A stretch of DNA of 64,000 nt from the NCBI RefSeq assembly GCF_009914755.1, contig NC_060925.1. The stretch is one strand, 5' to 3'. The notes below the pieces were generated by a model. It worked only from the letters and a program-made list of their open reading frames with translations. It searched no databases and was not told the DNA's origin. This document shows positions 41,038-54,750 of the stretch, in pieces. Numbering within the stretch: the first letter of the stretch is position 1; the number at the start of each line of letters is the position of its first letter. Source of the stretch: the human T2T-CHM13v2.0 reference genome, Homo sapiens. Made by a program: the position numbers and the translations under genes.

Positions 41038-43685
41038 AAGTTGGGAAATACTTGCTTCAGAACATTCATGGTAAATTTGCACTTCATCTTTCCTGCCTAT
41101 AGAAAATCTTTCTAATTGCCAACAAGACTTTTATTAATTAAAACTGGACATTAAGCTCTGTTGTCATGAACAACTGGAATGTAAACCACAGTATTTTGGA
41201 GTGCAGAACATTCTCAATTAAGTGATAAGTCCAAATGATGAAGGAAATGTTTTAATTCACAAATGGAGATTTGTATGTGTTATCAGGTTCACCTGCTTGA
41301 TATTAGATACATTAAAGCACTGAATTTTCATGGATATTAGTTGGATTTATCATTGAAATATGGTTAAGATTACAAATTATGTGTTTTATTTGTTGCTTTT
41401 TTTTAACCTTTTAATGTATATTCTTGTCTTCAGATGGTTTGCTATTTTTCTCTCCTGGGGGTTTATTCTAAGATACCTTTGTATTTTATTTCATGTGGAG
41501 ATCATGAAAGTAGGAAATATACCTTTAGAAGTAACTCGCACCTTTCTTATGATGTTAAGAGAAACACTAGTGTTTAGTTTTACAGTAACCCTCATATTTT
41601 AATGGTGTTACAGCATTTGCAAAAATTATTCTGCTAAGTATTTACAACTCTATTTATTATTCACTCAAGTATTAACATTCTCTATTAAATAAGAGGAGGT
41701 GTTGTAAAGAGCTGCTAGTAGGTTCGCTTTAAACCACATGAGCTTAACCAAGAATATGTTATGAGAAGTTGCTGATTAAATCAGTGCTGTTTTTACACCA
41801 CTTCTGGCCAACTCAGAATAATTTAGATTGTTCTTTTAACAAAAAAGGCTTTCTATCTCTTTTAAAGTAAGTCACTTTATAAGTTGGCAGAAGTGAATGA
41901 CACTTTGAGAGTAGTCTTTCAATCTGAAGATGTAAGACTTCCTGAAACAAGTTCTCAAGAAGTCTTTACATTATATTTATAACTCATATAAAAATTATAT
42001 TTAGAATTTTTAAACATGTACAAAGGGCTACATTTTAATTTTAAAATAGCTTCACATTATTTTACTTATATTGGGTTTTTCTTCATTTTAATCCTTTTCA
42101 AGTGGAATGGCTTAGAATAAGTATACACTTGAAATCTCCTCTACATGATCTTTGTTCTTTAACAGTGTATACCAGAGGGTTAGTTGGGGAAAAACTTCAT
42201 TCTCAGGAAAAGACTTGAATGATTATGTGACCCTGTTATATTTCAGTGTTGTGACAAATGTGTAAACTAGCGGGGGAAGACAGTATTGTATCATAAATGA
42301 GATGCGTAGTTTGTTTTCTTTCATGGGAAGTAGAGATAAAAATATATACATTTCTCTAATTGAGTTGTTTAGAGAAAGAACTAATGTCTCATATGATGTA
42401 TTTACTTATTTTAAAAAAAAGAATAGGAATGAGATGTCCCTGAGCTGTACTTTTCTATTATTATAAGGCCTTTAGGCATCAGTGCATCTGGGTTATCAAC
42501 ATTTTCTCAAATGCTGTCAATATTTTACTGTAATTTATGTTCTTATATTTATGTATATTTGTTAAAACTGTAAAAAAATTTCACAGATTTTTTTCCAATA
42601 CCTGTGCAAGATACATGTGTAGCTCAAAACTATTTGTGATCTACTGTTTGCATGTAAGAGACCAGGATATGTAACTCTTATATTTTAAGTGTATACATAT
42701 TGTGTATATAACATATGGATATTAAAAATGGGGAATTGCACATTTTACCTTTTGGACAGTAATTTCTATCACAGTTAGAAGGAAATGATAGTCAAATACA
42801 CGTTTAGATTAAAACTAGTTTAAAAAATTATAAATGAATCTAATCAAAATGTGAATAGTAGTCAAAAGGATAATTTAATAAGCATTTTACGTTACTAAAT
42901 TTGTTCATTTCAATATTAACTAAATTTCCCTCATCAAAGCAATCTTTGTGATATTACTTCGCTATTAAATAAAGAAAATTGGATGCAAGACAATGGAGAA
43001 ACTTTAAAACTAAACAGGACCACCCTTTATTCTTAAATTTGTGTGTGTCCAACAGTTGAATTGAATGTCTATAAGGTCTAAAGGTAGAATGTGAATATTG
43101 CCACAGAGTTCATTGCTCTCAGTATAAGATTTTACTTTATTAATGCAGAAGGAATATGGATATATTTCTTTAAGTCTGCAGATTTTTTTATTATGGTGCA
43201 GCTTTTTTTTAATTATGTTTTTAAAATTATACAGTTGAAAAATATGCCATTTCATAAAGTCTGAGGATTTTCGTCAACCTTACTGAAACACACTGGTGCT
43301 TTCATCATCAGAGGTCAAATTATTATGATAACTATTCCATTAAGTTTGCCAAACATTTGTCGTGGTTACCAGTGCAGCCTGTCAAATTCTGCTATTTGAC
43401 ACAGCTTTGGAAAGATTTAGTTCTTGGTTTTTCCGTTTTGTATTAGAATGACTGTTACAGTTTTATTTGGCTGTTTAAAGCCAAATTCAGCTATTTAATT
43501 ATGGTTTCATGGACACTGTTGAGCAATGTACAGTGTATGGTGTGCTTACCTGTCCACTCTAGAGCATTGCTTACAGGTTTTTTGTTTTTTAAGATGCTGT
43601 GCTGTAAAATACTGTCATACTTGCTATTTCCTGGTACAGTGTAGTTTTTCCCCTTTCATTTGAATAAAAGCATGGCACCAAATGA
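41038..43685 (+). other. CAMSAP2: CAMSAP2 3'UTR (~2.65 kb, AU-rich, no recognisable interspersed repeat)
   Basis: Runs from stop codon to polyA signals; 3' end inferred. Confidence 0.75.
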
Positions 43686-43709
43686 CTCCTTTTCTGTTTC
43701 TTGAATAAA
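43663..43709 (+). terminator. CAMSAP2: Tandem polyadenylation signals AATAAA (43663-68, 43704-09)
   Basis: Canonical hexamers with upstream TGTA elements and downstream U/GU-rich tracts. Confidence 0.75.
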
Positions 43710-44345
43710 ATGTAGTTTTTGGTAAAATTATTTGAACTTGAGATAACTCATACAGTTTTTCTATCCCCTAACCTATGTTTAAATTTAATAACTTGAATAT
43801 TCATAACAGGCAACTTGAAATAATTAGCCTTTTAAAAATACCAACTTAGGGCAATGTTAAAAAGTCGGTAACTTTCTATGCTTAGCACAGACGGTCTACA
43901 TAGTATGATTTATAAATGTGCTTATCTTATGTTAATCTTGCTCATACTAATTCACTATCTTTTGGTGAATTGATAGTTATATTGTACCAGAACTAGTGCT
44001 CTATGTCTTTGAAACTGAATGGCCAGTGAACTCACTGATCTGGAGTAGCCATGAGAAGCTAGTTCTTGACCATTATTTTGTAAGTTTCACTTTGATTTTG
44101 CTGATTCTACTTACTCAGAACAGAGTAAAGAAAAAGGTGTTTTTTAAGAAAAAAGAGATCTGATAACAAAACTATAAAATAATCGTCATGCCTAATTATA
44201 TACCTGAAGAAATATCTGGTTAGTAGACATAAATGTGGTTTTCTAGCTTGGGACCTTTTTGATAGGTTCTGTAACTTCAGAGCACAGCTGTATTTCCACA
44301 ATATTTCCAGTACTTTAATTTTCAGAAATAAAAATATTTAACCCG

Positions 44346-45005
<660 letters not shown>

Positions 45006-45924
45006 CTAGAGCCCCCACACAATAAGAATGTGTTGCCTTATGACTGAAATTGATACTTCTTAACTAGGGCAGAGGAAAATATTCTGTAGTGAATAGGAAC
45101 AAACACCTTTATTTCATGATCTGTCTACACAGAAAGATGATAATAAAATTCAGCAAAGGAAATGTAGCTGTAATGTTATGACCTAGGAATTGGCTATTGG
45201 AGAAACACATCTATAAAATGAGTGTGAAATTCTGTCGTCCCTTAGAAGTATATAGATGCTTAAGAAATAGGTATCTTCTCAAAAGAAACAAATGAGATAT
45301 TAATGATTTTGCCTAATTTGATGGGGGTGGGGGAAGTACACAGATTGGTATGTCAGAGTTGCTCTTCAAATAAGGAGATCTAGAATCTAGTTTCAGTCAC
45401 TTCCTTTTTGCCCCTGTGGGCATGTAGGTCTTCTAGCAACTCAAGGCCACATGCTTAGACAACACAGATTAGTTTTGTACATGTGTTTAAATCACTGTGG
45501 TGATATGTGTCACAACAACAGCTAAAATCAGATAACTTTATTCCATCTACAGTGGCTTATTTATGTCAGGAAAATAGGGGGCAATTATTTTCCATCAAAG
45601 AGGTGAAAAGCAAATTAAGAAATGTTTTAAGACCCACTAAGGTTTTTTTTTTTTTTTTTTTTTGGGGACACATTAAGCAAAGCCACCATGGTACCTTAGG
45701 CTACTAATGCATTTGATTCTTCTTAACCCCAACCTGTTGTTTTAGGTGATTGAACCTGTGATTCAGCCTTCAGTAGGTGTTAGAGGCATCCAACACAGGT
45801 GGCAAGTATCGTCTACAGCACCTCTACTTCACAGTTACATTCAGCTGCTGTGATTCCTGGCCGACCCTATTATTCATACTTCAGGGTTTGTGTGTTTATA
45901 TAGAAAAGGAAATGTGGCTCTCAA

Positions 45925-45992
45925 CCCGAGATCGCGCTGCTGCACTTCAACCTGGGTGACAGAGTGAGACTCAGTCTCAAAAAAAAAAAAAA
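45925..45992 (+). mobile_element. Alu 3' fragment
   Basis: ccgagatcgcgc...cctgggtgacagagtgagactc+A tail. Confidence 0.85.
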
Positions 45993-46064
45993 TTGCTTTA
46001 TAATTTAAAAGATTCTTTGCTTTGCTTTCTCTTTTAACTTACTGCTGCCTGGGAGGAGGTGAGC

Positions 46065-46200
46065 ATTTACGTCTCCATTCTACAGATGAGGAAGATGAGG
46101 CTTTAAAAGGTTAGTAGCTGTCCCAGGGACTCAAAGCTAGTAAGTGACAGCATTACAAGTGGCACCTAAGCCTTCTGGTTTCAAATCCCCTTACTGTGCC
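46065..46200 (-). mobile_element. MIR fragment
   Basis: ccattctacagatgaggaagatgaggc...agctagtaagtgacag. Confidence 0.65.
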
Positions 46201-46749
46201 ATATGGTACAGTTTCCCACTGCGTTGTACATGTTGTGGAATAAGAATAAGGCTCACAGCTGTTACTAGTTAATAACGTATTCACCATTGGTAGAAAACTC
46301 AGAACTTGTGGTTAAAGTGGATTTTGTTCTCTTGCCCAAGACTGTTAACCATCATCAACACAACAGCTAAAATCAGCCTGTTACGCTCACCTGCTGTTTA
46401 ATATCTAGATTCATAAAGATGAGAGAATGGAAAAACTGCAAAAGTGGTGAAAACAAATTCTGATAATAGGTTAATCAGAATTATCTAGGAAACAGTTATT
46501 AGATGAAAGGGGCTAGGTAGGTCACAAAGGTAAGTTCTCTTCCATCAAGGAACTCTTGAAGTGGATGCCATTAGACCTTTACAAACAACGGATATACCGT
46601 GTGCTGTATTAGAGGTATGGAACCGAAAGTAAAGGACAGATGCGCCCTTGTCTTGTCAACAGTAAGAGCCTCTTGTCCATCAAGAGAATTCATGTACTTT
46701 ATAGGGTACTAACTCTACTAAAACTAACTCTATAAAGAACTTAAGACTG

Positions 46750-47188
46750 CTCTTCCTGGGGAACTTGTCTACAGGCACTCAGAATGGTCCAGCATTTGAC
46801 ATACTGTCATAGGCTTTCCTACAATACAGCCTCTAACAAAACTACGCGAACCCCTGGTAATAGAATTGTTTACCTTTATACCAAGAAGGTTGGGAAAGCA
46901 TCAAAATCTGCGTGTGGCGTGTGCCCAGGCAGACTTTGAAGGGTTTGTGCTGTAAGACCTAAAGTTCTTATGAGGTTGTCCAAAACAAAGAAACATGTCA
47001 GCAGGGCCTATGTTGGTTCCATGTGTGCTAAATGTGTTTGTGACAGGATCAAGCGTGCTTTCCTTATCAAGGAGCAGAAAATTGTTGTGAAAGTGTTGAA
47101 GGCACAAGCAGAGTCAGAAAGCTAAATAAAAAATGAAGCTTTTTTGAGTAATAAAAATGAAAAGACTTGCTGTATGGAAAAAAAAAAA
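46750..47188 (+). pseudogene. RPL34P6: Processed pseudogene of ribosomal protein L34 (probably RPL34P6)
   Basis: Intronless 5'UTR+CDS+3'UTR+polyA; ATG 46784 [37 protein letters not shown]; premature TGA 46937-39; small deletions; AATAAA 47150; TSD aagact. The P6 number is from memory of the locus. Confidence 0.93.
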
Positions 47189-47246
47189 GACTATCTTACG
47201 TTGTCAGCCAACAGGATACCACATTAATTCTTTAAATACTGAATTT

Positions 47247-47545
47247 TGCCGGGCGCGGTGGCTCACGCCTGTAATCCCAGCACTTTGGGAGGCTGAGGCG
47301 GGCAGATCACGAGGTCAGGAGATCGAGACCATCCTGGTTAACACGGTGAAACCCCGTCTCTACTAAAAATACAAAACTTTAGCCGGGTGTGGTGGCGGGC
47401 TCCTGTAGTCCTAGCTACTCAGGAGGCTGAGGCAGAAGAATGGCGTCAACCCAGGAGGCGGAGCTTGCAGCTAGCTGAGATCGCTCTGCTGCACTCCAGC
47501 CTGGGCAACAGAGCGAGACTCCATCTCTAAAAAAATAAATAAATA
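47247..47545 (+). mobile_element. AluY
   Basis: gagatcgagaccatcctggttaacacggtg; TSD aaata(c/g)tgaatttt. Confidence 0.93.
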
Positions 47546-48049
47546 GTGAATTTTGAATTGCAGAGACATCAGTTCTGTTGATAGGGCCTTGAGGTCCTCA
47601 TTTATGATGAGAACAAAACTAACTAAACTGCATCCTCTTTCTTAGCCAGAGGCTAAGTACAGATATTTTTGTATACATTACGAAATGAGTTTGTACTTGG
47701 ATTCTTTATCCTTATAGTCTCAACACAATCGGTATTCAATAAATATTCGTCAAATGAATACATGAAGGGAGGACTATGCAGTCCTGGCCCAAAATTCAAA
47801 ATCAAATTCAAAACGTGTTCTGATTTCTTCTAGGTCACCCTTCATTTCTTACTATAGATATTTTTGCCCCCAAAATACAAACCCAAAGTTGGCTTTTCTG
47901 CTCTGACTCCCCCTGGTTCATGCCATTTCAAAGGACCCAGGTGCAGCTTGAAAATCTGAACTATTGGTCACCGTGACACAATGATGTACTGTTCCTTTTT
48001 ACCTCTCTCCAGCTCCTCTCACAAATTATGGGCCAGTCTCAAGGCTCAG

Positions 48050-48500
48050 TTATTCATGTTCTGCTGTCTCCACTCTTTCCAAGAAGGGCTTCAATATCAG
48101 CTTTGACTGACACCTCCATTCAGAATCTACATCTCCAGCCCTGAAAGCTTCCTCTGGGCCCACTCATGCATCTAACTGCCATCTCAACATTTTCACCTGG
48201 GAGTTCCAAAGTCATCCTCAACTTAATCTGTTTAAAAACCAAAAGTCAACCTGATTTTACAACTTCCTTATAAAAGCAACTCTCCTTCCTGAAAGCCAGC
48301 CACCAAGACTGAAAGGTCTTATCCCTTGTCTAACACAGAAGACAGCCTCATGCACAGACAGCCACCAAATCCTATCAAATATTTTTACTTTGAAACTGCT
48401 CCTCATCCCTGCTGCCACCAGCTTCAAGTCCAGGCACCAAAAGCTTATGCCTAACTGCAAGAACCTTCAAGTGGTCTTACCCTAATTCGATTTCACCCTC
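48050..48500 (+). mobile_element. L2 remnant
   Basis: atctacatctccagccctg...catctaactgcc...cacctgg...ctcaacttaa pyrimidine-rich L2-like sequence. Confidence 0.5.
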
Positions 48501-48919
48501 CAAAGTGTCTTGCAAAATCTAACTTTCTTAGACTTATCTTAAAAGTTCAACATTGTTTTTATTTTGAATTGCGGGGAGGATGGGGGTGGGGTGTTGAGGT
48601 GGTGGTAATCTGTTCAGTGCTTGGAACCACTAAAGGTCTTGATCCTGTTTTTCAGGCGGCTCCTATACACAGACCTTTTTCTTCAGAAAAGCTGACCTGC
48701 TTCAATCTTGATAGAAGTCAGGATATCACAATCTGCCTTATATCAAAGTTATTTGTACATTATAGCTAATCTCCAATAATGTGTAAGCTTCCTGTAAGGA
48801 TGCACCATGTCACATTCTTTGTATCTGTTACATTACCCAATAACAGTGCTTGCCCCACAGTAAGAAGGGGCTGTTTACAAAGTCAACTGGAATCAAATGT
48901 GATATTAAGAATTGGTTTT

Positions 48920-49214
48920 GGCCCGGGCGCAGTGGCTCACGCCTATAATCCCAGCACTTTGGGAGGCTGAGGTGGACAGATCACTTGAGGTCAGGAGTTC
49001 AAGACCAGTCTGGCCAGCATGGTGAAGCCTTGTCTCTACTAAAAATACAAAAACTAGCTGGGCATGGTGTTGCACGCCTCTAATCCCAGCTATTCAGGAG
49101 GCTGATGCAGGAGAATCACTCGAACCCAGGAGGCAGAGGCTGCAATGAGCCGAGATTGCACCACTGCACCCTAGCCTGGGTGACAGAGCAGGACTCCATC
49201 TCAAAAAAAAAAAA
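48920..49214 (+). mobile_element. Alu (AluS-like)
   Basis: Full dimer; TSD aagaattggttt. Confidence 0.95.
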
Positions 49215-50559
49215 GAATTGGTTTCACTGATCAGTAGCAGGATCACAGCACTGTAGAGGGACCCTCTACCAATGCCAAGGGAATGCTGCCAAATTCCTCC
49301 TGCAAATACTTGGAAATTTACACTAACTCTCTGTGAAATCACTGAAAAGTAATGGCAAATCATAGGTTAGAAGCTCCTGTGGGCAGAATAATTGCTACAA
49401 AGAGAAAACGTTACTTTCTTTCCAAACAAATTCTGGGGCCATTTTTATATTGGGGATGTCCCTATTGCTTGTCTTTTAAGTTTCTGATGGTTTTTTTTTT
49501 ACCTTTAAAAAACGTTCGAGCTACAGGAACCTGCAGTGGAAGAAAGGAGTCTCACTTTCCTTGAAAGCTACACTCTTCTCCTCCAGCCTCCCCTCCCTTC
49601 CCTGACCCCCTCCCCCATGTCCCCTAAGAGGCATCAATGATGTCCGGGGTAGATGGGGGGCCCTGGGACAATCACACAGCTGCAGGCCACAAGGCTTTCA
49701 CATTGAGTCATCTCCTTAGCAGTGTGGGCTGAAGCCGAGTCTCATGTCTAACTCAGATGATGCCCTTTCCCAGCTACCCCGTATTTAGTACCTGAAAGTT
49801 TCTGAAGTAAATGAACATCTGAAACATTCTGCAGGGCCTCTGGCATCCAGGGTGGGGCTCCTCATCTGGTGTGTGCCAGCCCTCCCTTAGATGTTGAGGG
49901 TGCAGGGTAGGGGCAAGAGCTATTACTGTCTTCTGTCCTCTAATACCCTGTCCCTACCACCCTCCCCGCCCCCTGCCCCCCACCCCACTCACACACACGG
50001 CCTCAGGGCTATGCGGTCTATGGGAAACCTCATCTTGGTAGCCAGTCAGTAATAGTGAATAAAATAGAGGACTCCCCATTCCCAGTTCAGTGTTTATCGA
50101 GAGAGGTTGTAAAAACAAAGAGATGTGGCTTTGCAAGATTTTCCTCACACTCAGGACTCAAGTTACTGTTAACCTCTCCGTCATCCGCAACTGACTTGGC
50201 ATAAGGCCACCTGTCTGTGCTTGGGTCCTGTCAGCAGTTTCTCTGCAGCATCCAGACTGTCACCTTGTAGAAATCACCATTAGGATAATACCAGGCACCA
50301 GACACTGTGGTGGTCAAATCTTGAAGAGTCAAATCTTGGGAGTCTCTCTTTATAGATTCCCAATCCAATCCCCAAAACATTTACTTACCACCCACTATGT
50401 GGAAAGAAAGCACTGTGACCTGGAGGGTAGGAGAAGCAGCGCAAGCAGCTGAGTCTAGCAGCAGGACCACCAGAAACTAGAGCCATTCTTCACGATGCTG
50501 CCAGCCAGGGAACGGAGTGAGCCCATGAGCTCCGACCCAGCATGGGCAGCACCTTCCAC

Positions 50560-51066
<507 letters not shown>

Positions 51067-51099
51067 GAAATGCATATAATAAAAAAAAGAAATGCATAT

Positions 51100-52170
51100 A
51101 ATAAATTCTATGTCACAACACAGAGCAAGGTTTTAAAAATATATATTTTAAATTTAATAAATGAGGTTAGGAAAGCTGGATAGAAATATGAAAACATCGA
51201 TTACACACCAGGTAAATTTTAAAATACTAATGAAAATTATTTTTTAATGACAGACTGAATCTTCTTACATTGTCAAAGAGAAAGTAACATTCTAAACTCT
51301 GAAATTGCTAATAGCAACAAATTTGACTATATGAAAATGTCAAACTAAAATAAATAATAGCTAAGAAAAGAATTTGGAAAAATATTTGAATCAAGTGGAA
51401 TAAATCATGACTCATCCTAAATATATAGTTTGTACAAATTAATAAGAAATACATAGATTATAATAAATATGTGAAGGACATGATTAGAATGGTTCACTTA
51501 GGAAATAAATAGATTTTCCATCTTATTTATAAACAAGTGCAAATTGAAATGAGGTACCATTTTACCTCACTGCCTATTACAATGGAAAATATATGTTACC
51601 GATGAACATCTCTAAGAAGACTGTGTTGAACCTTATACTCTCATACAATGCCAGTGACATTCTAAACTGCTAATCACTGTAAACATTTGTATCAAGCAAT
51701 AAAAATTTTCATTGCCTTTGTTACAAAATTTGTATTTATAACGTGTTTTACAACATATTTATATAAATGTTATATTTATACATATTTATATAAATATGTT
51801 ATATTTGTACATATTTATATGTATATAAATACATATTTATATGTACTTATACAAGAGCATTTATGTTATAAAAACAATATAAAAAAGTCATAAGTGCAAT
51901 TATTCATTACAAATTTCTATAACAGTTAAAAATACTAGAAACATCCTAAATATCCATATTTAAGGGTTTAGAAAATTAAGCAACATAGACTCATGTGGAT
52001 TTATATGATATTAATTGAGAATACTGTGTACACTCTAATTACAGATACGACTTTGAAACACCTGTGTAAAAAATGTGAAGAATATCTGAAATGGAATATT
52101 TAAAAATAGAAAATCTAAAAATAATGAGATTACAAATAAATACTTTTGAAAATGTCCTTCACTGGCTAAG
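51100..52170 (+). mobile_element. Very old L1 (L1M-type) remnant with TA-rich low-complexity insert (51730-51880)
   Basis: A-rich sequence with L1 ORF2/3'-like phrases (gcaaattgaaatgaggtaccatttt, ctctcatacaatgccagtg). Confidence 0.45.
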
Positions 52171-53493
52171 TTTGGTTGTGTAGGGGTAGCAGGTCCAAGA
52201 TGACGACTACTTCTTTATTCTGTAATGTATTAGATGGCTTTTATGATTAAACATAAAAAGGCAAATACAATTTACTTAAAATGTTAAGATTCTTTGTACA
52301 GAAAAATTAAAATTAGAAAAAATAAGTTATAAGAACTTAAATATAACCTGTAAAGGGGCAGAAATAAACCTACTCTCGAAAACAATTTAGCCCGAAGCAT
52401 TGGATATTTATTTAAAGTATCTCCTCTGTTTTCAGGCTTGTGCTAATCACCCTGATGAGTAGAAAGAAGCTCCCCCTCGCCCTGAGAAGTTCATAATCCC
52501 ATGGGCAAGGCAAGACGGAGCCACGTAACAGTTGCCCTGGCTCCAGCAGTGCAGAGAGAGGAAGTCCTCTTAGGGATGGAGGTTAGAGAAGGCTCCCAGG
52601 GGTGGGATGGAGGAAGAGGGAAGACTTCTTCTGCTTTGTCCACACCTGTTAGAGAGCATGGCCAGGATTCCCAGCCTGTAAGGGTGAGTGTTTCTATTAG
52701 TTGACTTGTGTGTAATCCTGTGGGGAGTCCTCCTGAAGGGTGAAAGAGCAGTCTTGTGAAGTTGGCCTTGGTCACTGAAACCGGGCTGGGCACCCCAGGA
52801 GACCGGGCCTAAGGCAGTGTCCCTGGCTCTGACCTTTGCTGTTTCTTCTCATCCAGACAAGTTCAGTAAGGCCCATGGACAGCACCCAGGCCTCAGCAGA
52901 GAAAATTCAGCATATGCTCTGGGCCACAGACTTCCCTTGGGTATGAGATGATGGCCCAGGAAGCAAGTAGCTCTGTGATTTTTAAAATAACCTACTTCTA
53001 CTTCCCCTCAACCCCCTTCCTATATTCCCCTCTTGGTCTGCTTGCCCCATTCTTTGTTTTCACCCGGCGGCTTCTCTGCTGTTCATCTCTAGCTTTCAGG
53101 ATCACTCACACTCTCTGAGCCCGCAGACTGAGGTGTGCCTGAAGGGGTGAAGTCCAGCAACACTGGGTCTGTCTCTGATGGTCTCTGGGCTCTGGCAGGC
53201 AAGCACTGCCCCTGCTAGCCTTCTAGGGGAGGAGGCTGCAGCCCCCTACTCCACCCCGGATGTGGGCACCGCTCACCAGCAACCACATGCTCAGACATTA
53301 GAAAAGCGGCTCTGGGGTGGGTCTTCAGGGGAAAACCAAGCCCGGAGGCTGAAAAGCCAGTGAAGGGAAGGTCCAGACCATTCATTCCCTAGGCTCTTCT
53401 CTTCCCTGCCCATCTTGTAATTGGTGTGGGAGAAATTCTTGACAGGAGCAGCCTAAACACTGCATACCCAACCCTCTGTGAGCTCTAGGACCA

Positions 53494-53779
53494 TTTTCTT
53501 TTTGAGATGGAGTCTCGCTCTTTCACCCAGGCTGGAGTGCAGTGGCTTGATCTCAGCTCACTGCAACCTTTGCTCCTGGGTTCAAGCGATTCTCCCACCT
53601 CAGCCTCCTGAGTAGCTGGGACTTGCACGTACCACCGTGCCCGGCTAATTTTTGCATTTTTAGTAGAGACAGGGTTTCACCATGTTGGCCAGGCTGGTCT
53701 CGAGCTCCTGACTTGAAGTGATCTACCCACCTCGGCCTCCCAAAGTGCTGGGATTAGATGTGAGCCACTGCGCCCGGCC
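53494..53779 (-). mobile_element. Alu (AluS-like)
   Basis: Reverse dimer; TSD ctcta(g/a)gaccatttt. Confidence 0.93.
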
Positions 53780-53839
53780 TCTAAGACCATTTTCCAAATC
53801 CTTCCTGGGGATCTCCGTGTGCCAGAGGGACCCTGAGCG

Positions 53840-53961
53840 AGGGTGACCTTATGTCCCAGTTTGCCCAAAATAGTCCTGGTTTACGGCCCAGGTTAATTCT
53901 GATAGTGCCCCTTTCACTCTCAGAAACATCCTGGTTAGATGATAAATTATTTCATGACCCC
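53840..53961 (+). mobile_element. MER94-like hAT DNA transposon
   Basis: agggtgaccttatgtcccagtttgccc...gccccctttcactctca...gatgataaattat..tgaccc. Confidence 0.7.
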
Positions 53962-54019
53962 ACTTCAACATCAAACTGAACACATACACACATGTGCCTC
54001 TCTGTGTTCTTGGCAGTTA

Positions 54020-54750
54020 AGGGGACAGCGTCCATATAGTCCCTAAGCAGAGAAACCCCAGGCTTATCTTTGACTCCTCTTTGTGAGACCTATGATGTTA
54101 CAATTATCTCTTGAATATACCCTCCCATTTCTGTCCCCACTGCTCATGATCTATTTCAGACACAAATAATTACAACCTACTATGGGGTCTCCCTGGCTTG
54201 AGCCTCTCCCTTCTCCATAGTTCTGCCAGCGATCTTTTCAAAACACAGATTGATGCCTCCTGGCTCCCCATGACCTATAGATTGAAATCCAAATCCCCTC
54301 ATGATCCTTTCCTGCTTCATCTCCTGCCCCCACCTTCCTACCCTGGGCTCTGGCAGACTGCTTGTCCCCTGAAAAGCCCACATTCCTACTCATTTTGGTA
54401 TACTTGTTCCCTTTACTCCCTCCTCCGAGTCTGACCCTTTCTTCTCTTTTCTGCTGCTCTTATTTGACTTTCAGCTCCTTCCTGGGACTGATCTCAAGTG
54501 TCATCTCCTCGAAGGCCTTTTCTGATTCAGCCCTCCCGTCAAAAATAATCACTCCCCCTCCACTAAACCCTAAGAGGGCTTGGTTTTTAACATTTACTAC
54601 AATTTGGCCCCTGCATAAGATTACATAAGATTCTGCTTATGTAACCATCTCTCCTGCCTATGCAACAAACTGCGAAGGCCAAGAATGGCATCTCTTGCAG
54701 TGCCTGAAACAGTGCCTGCTTCATGGAGGAGTTCATTGTTAACAAGTCTT
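54020..54750 (+). mobile_element. L2 remnant
   Basis: Pyrimidine-rich L2 3' region (ctcaagtgtcatctcctcgaaggccttttctga; cagtgcctgaaacagtgcctg). Confidence 0.55.

Noticed and set aside
46901-47107. 68-aa minus-strand ORF
   Set aside because: Antisense shadow of the RPL34 pseudogene
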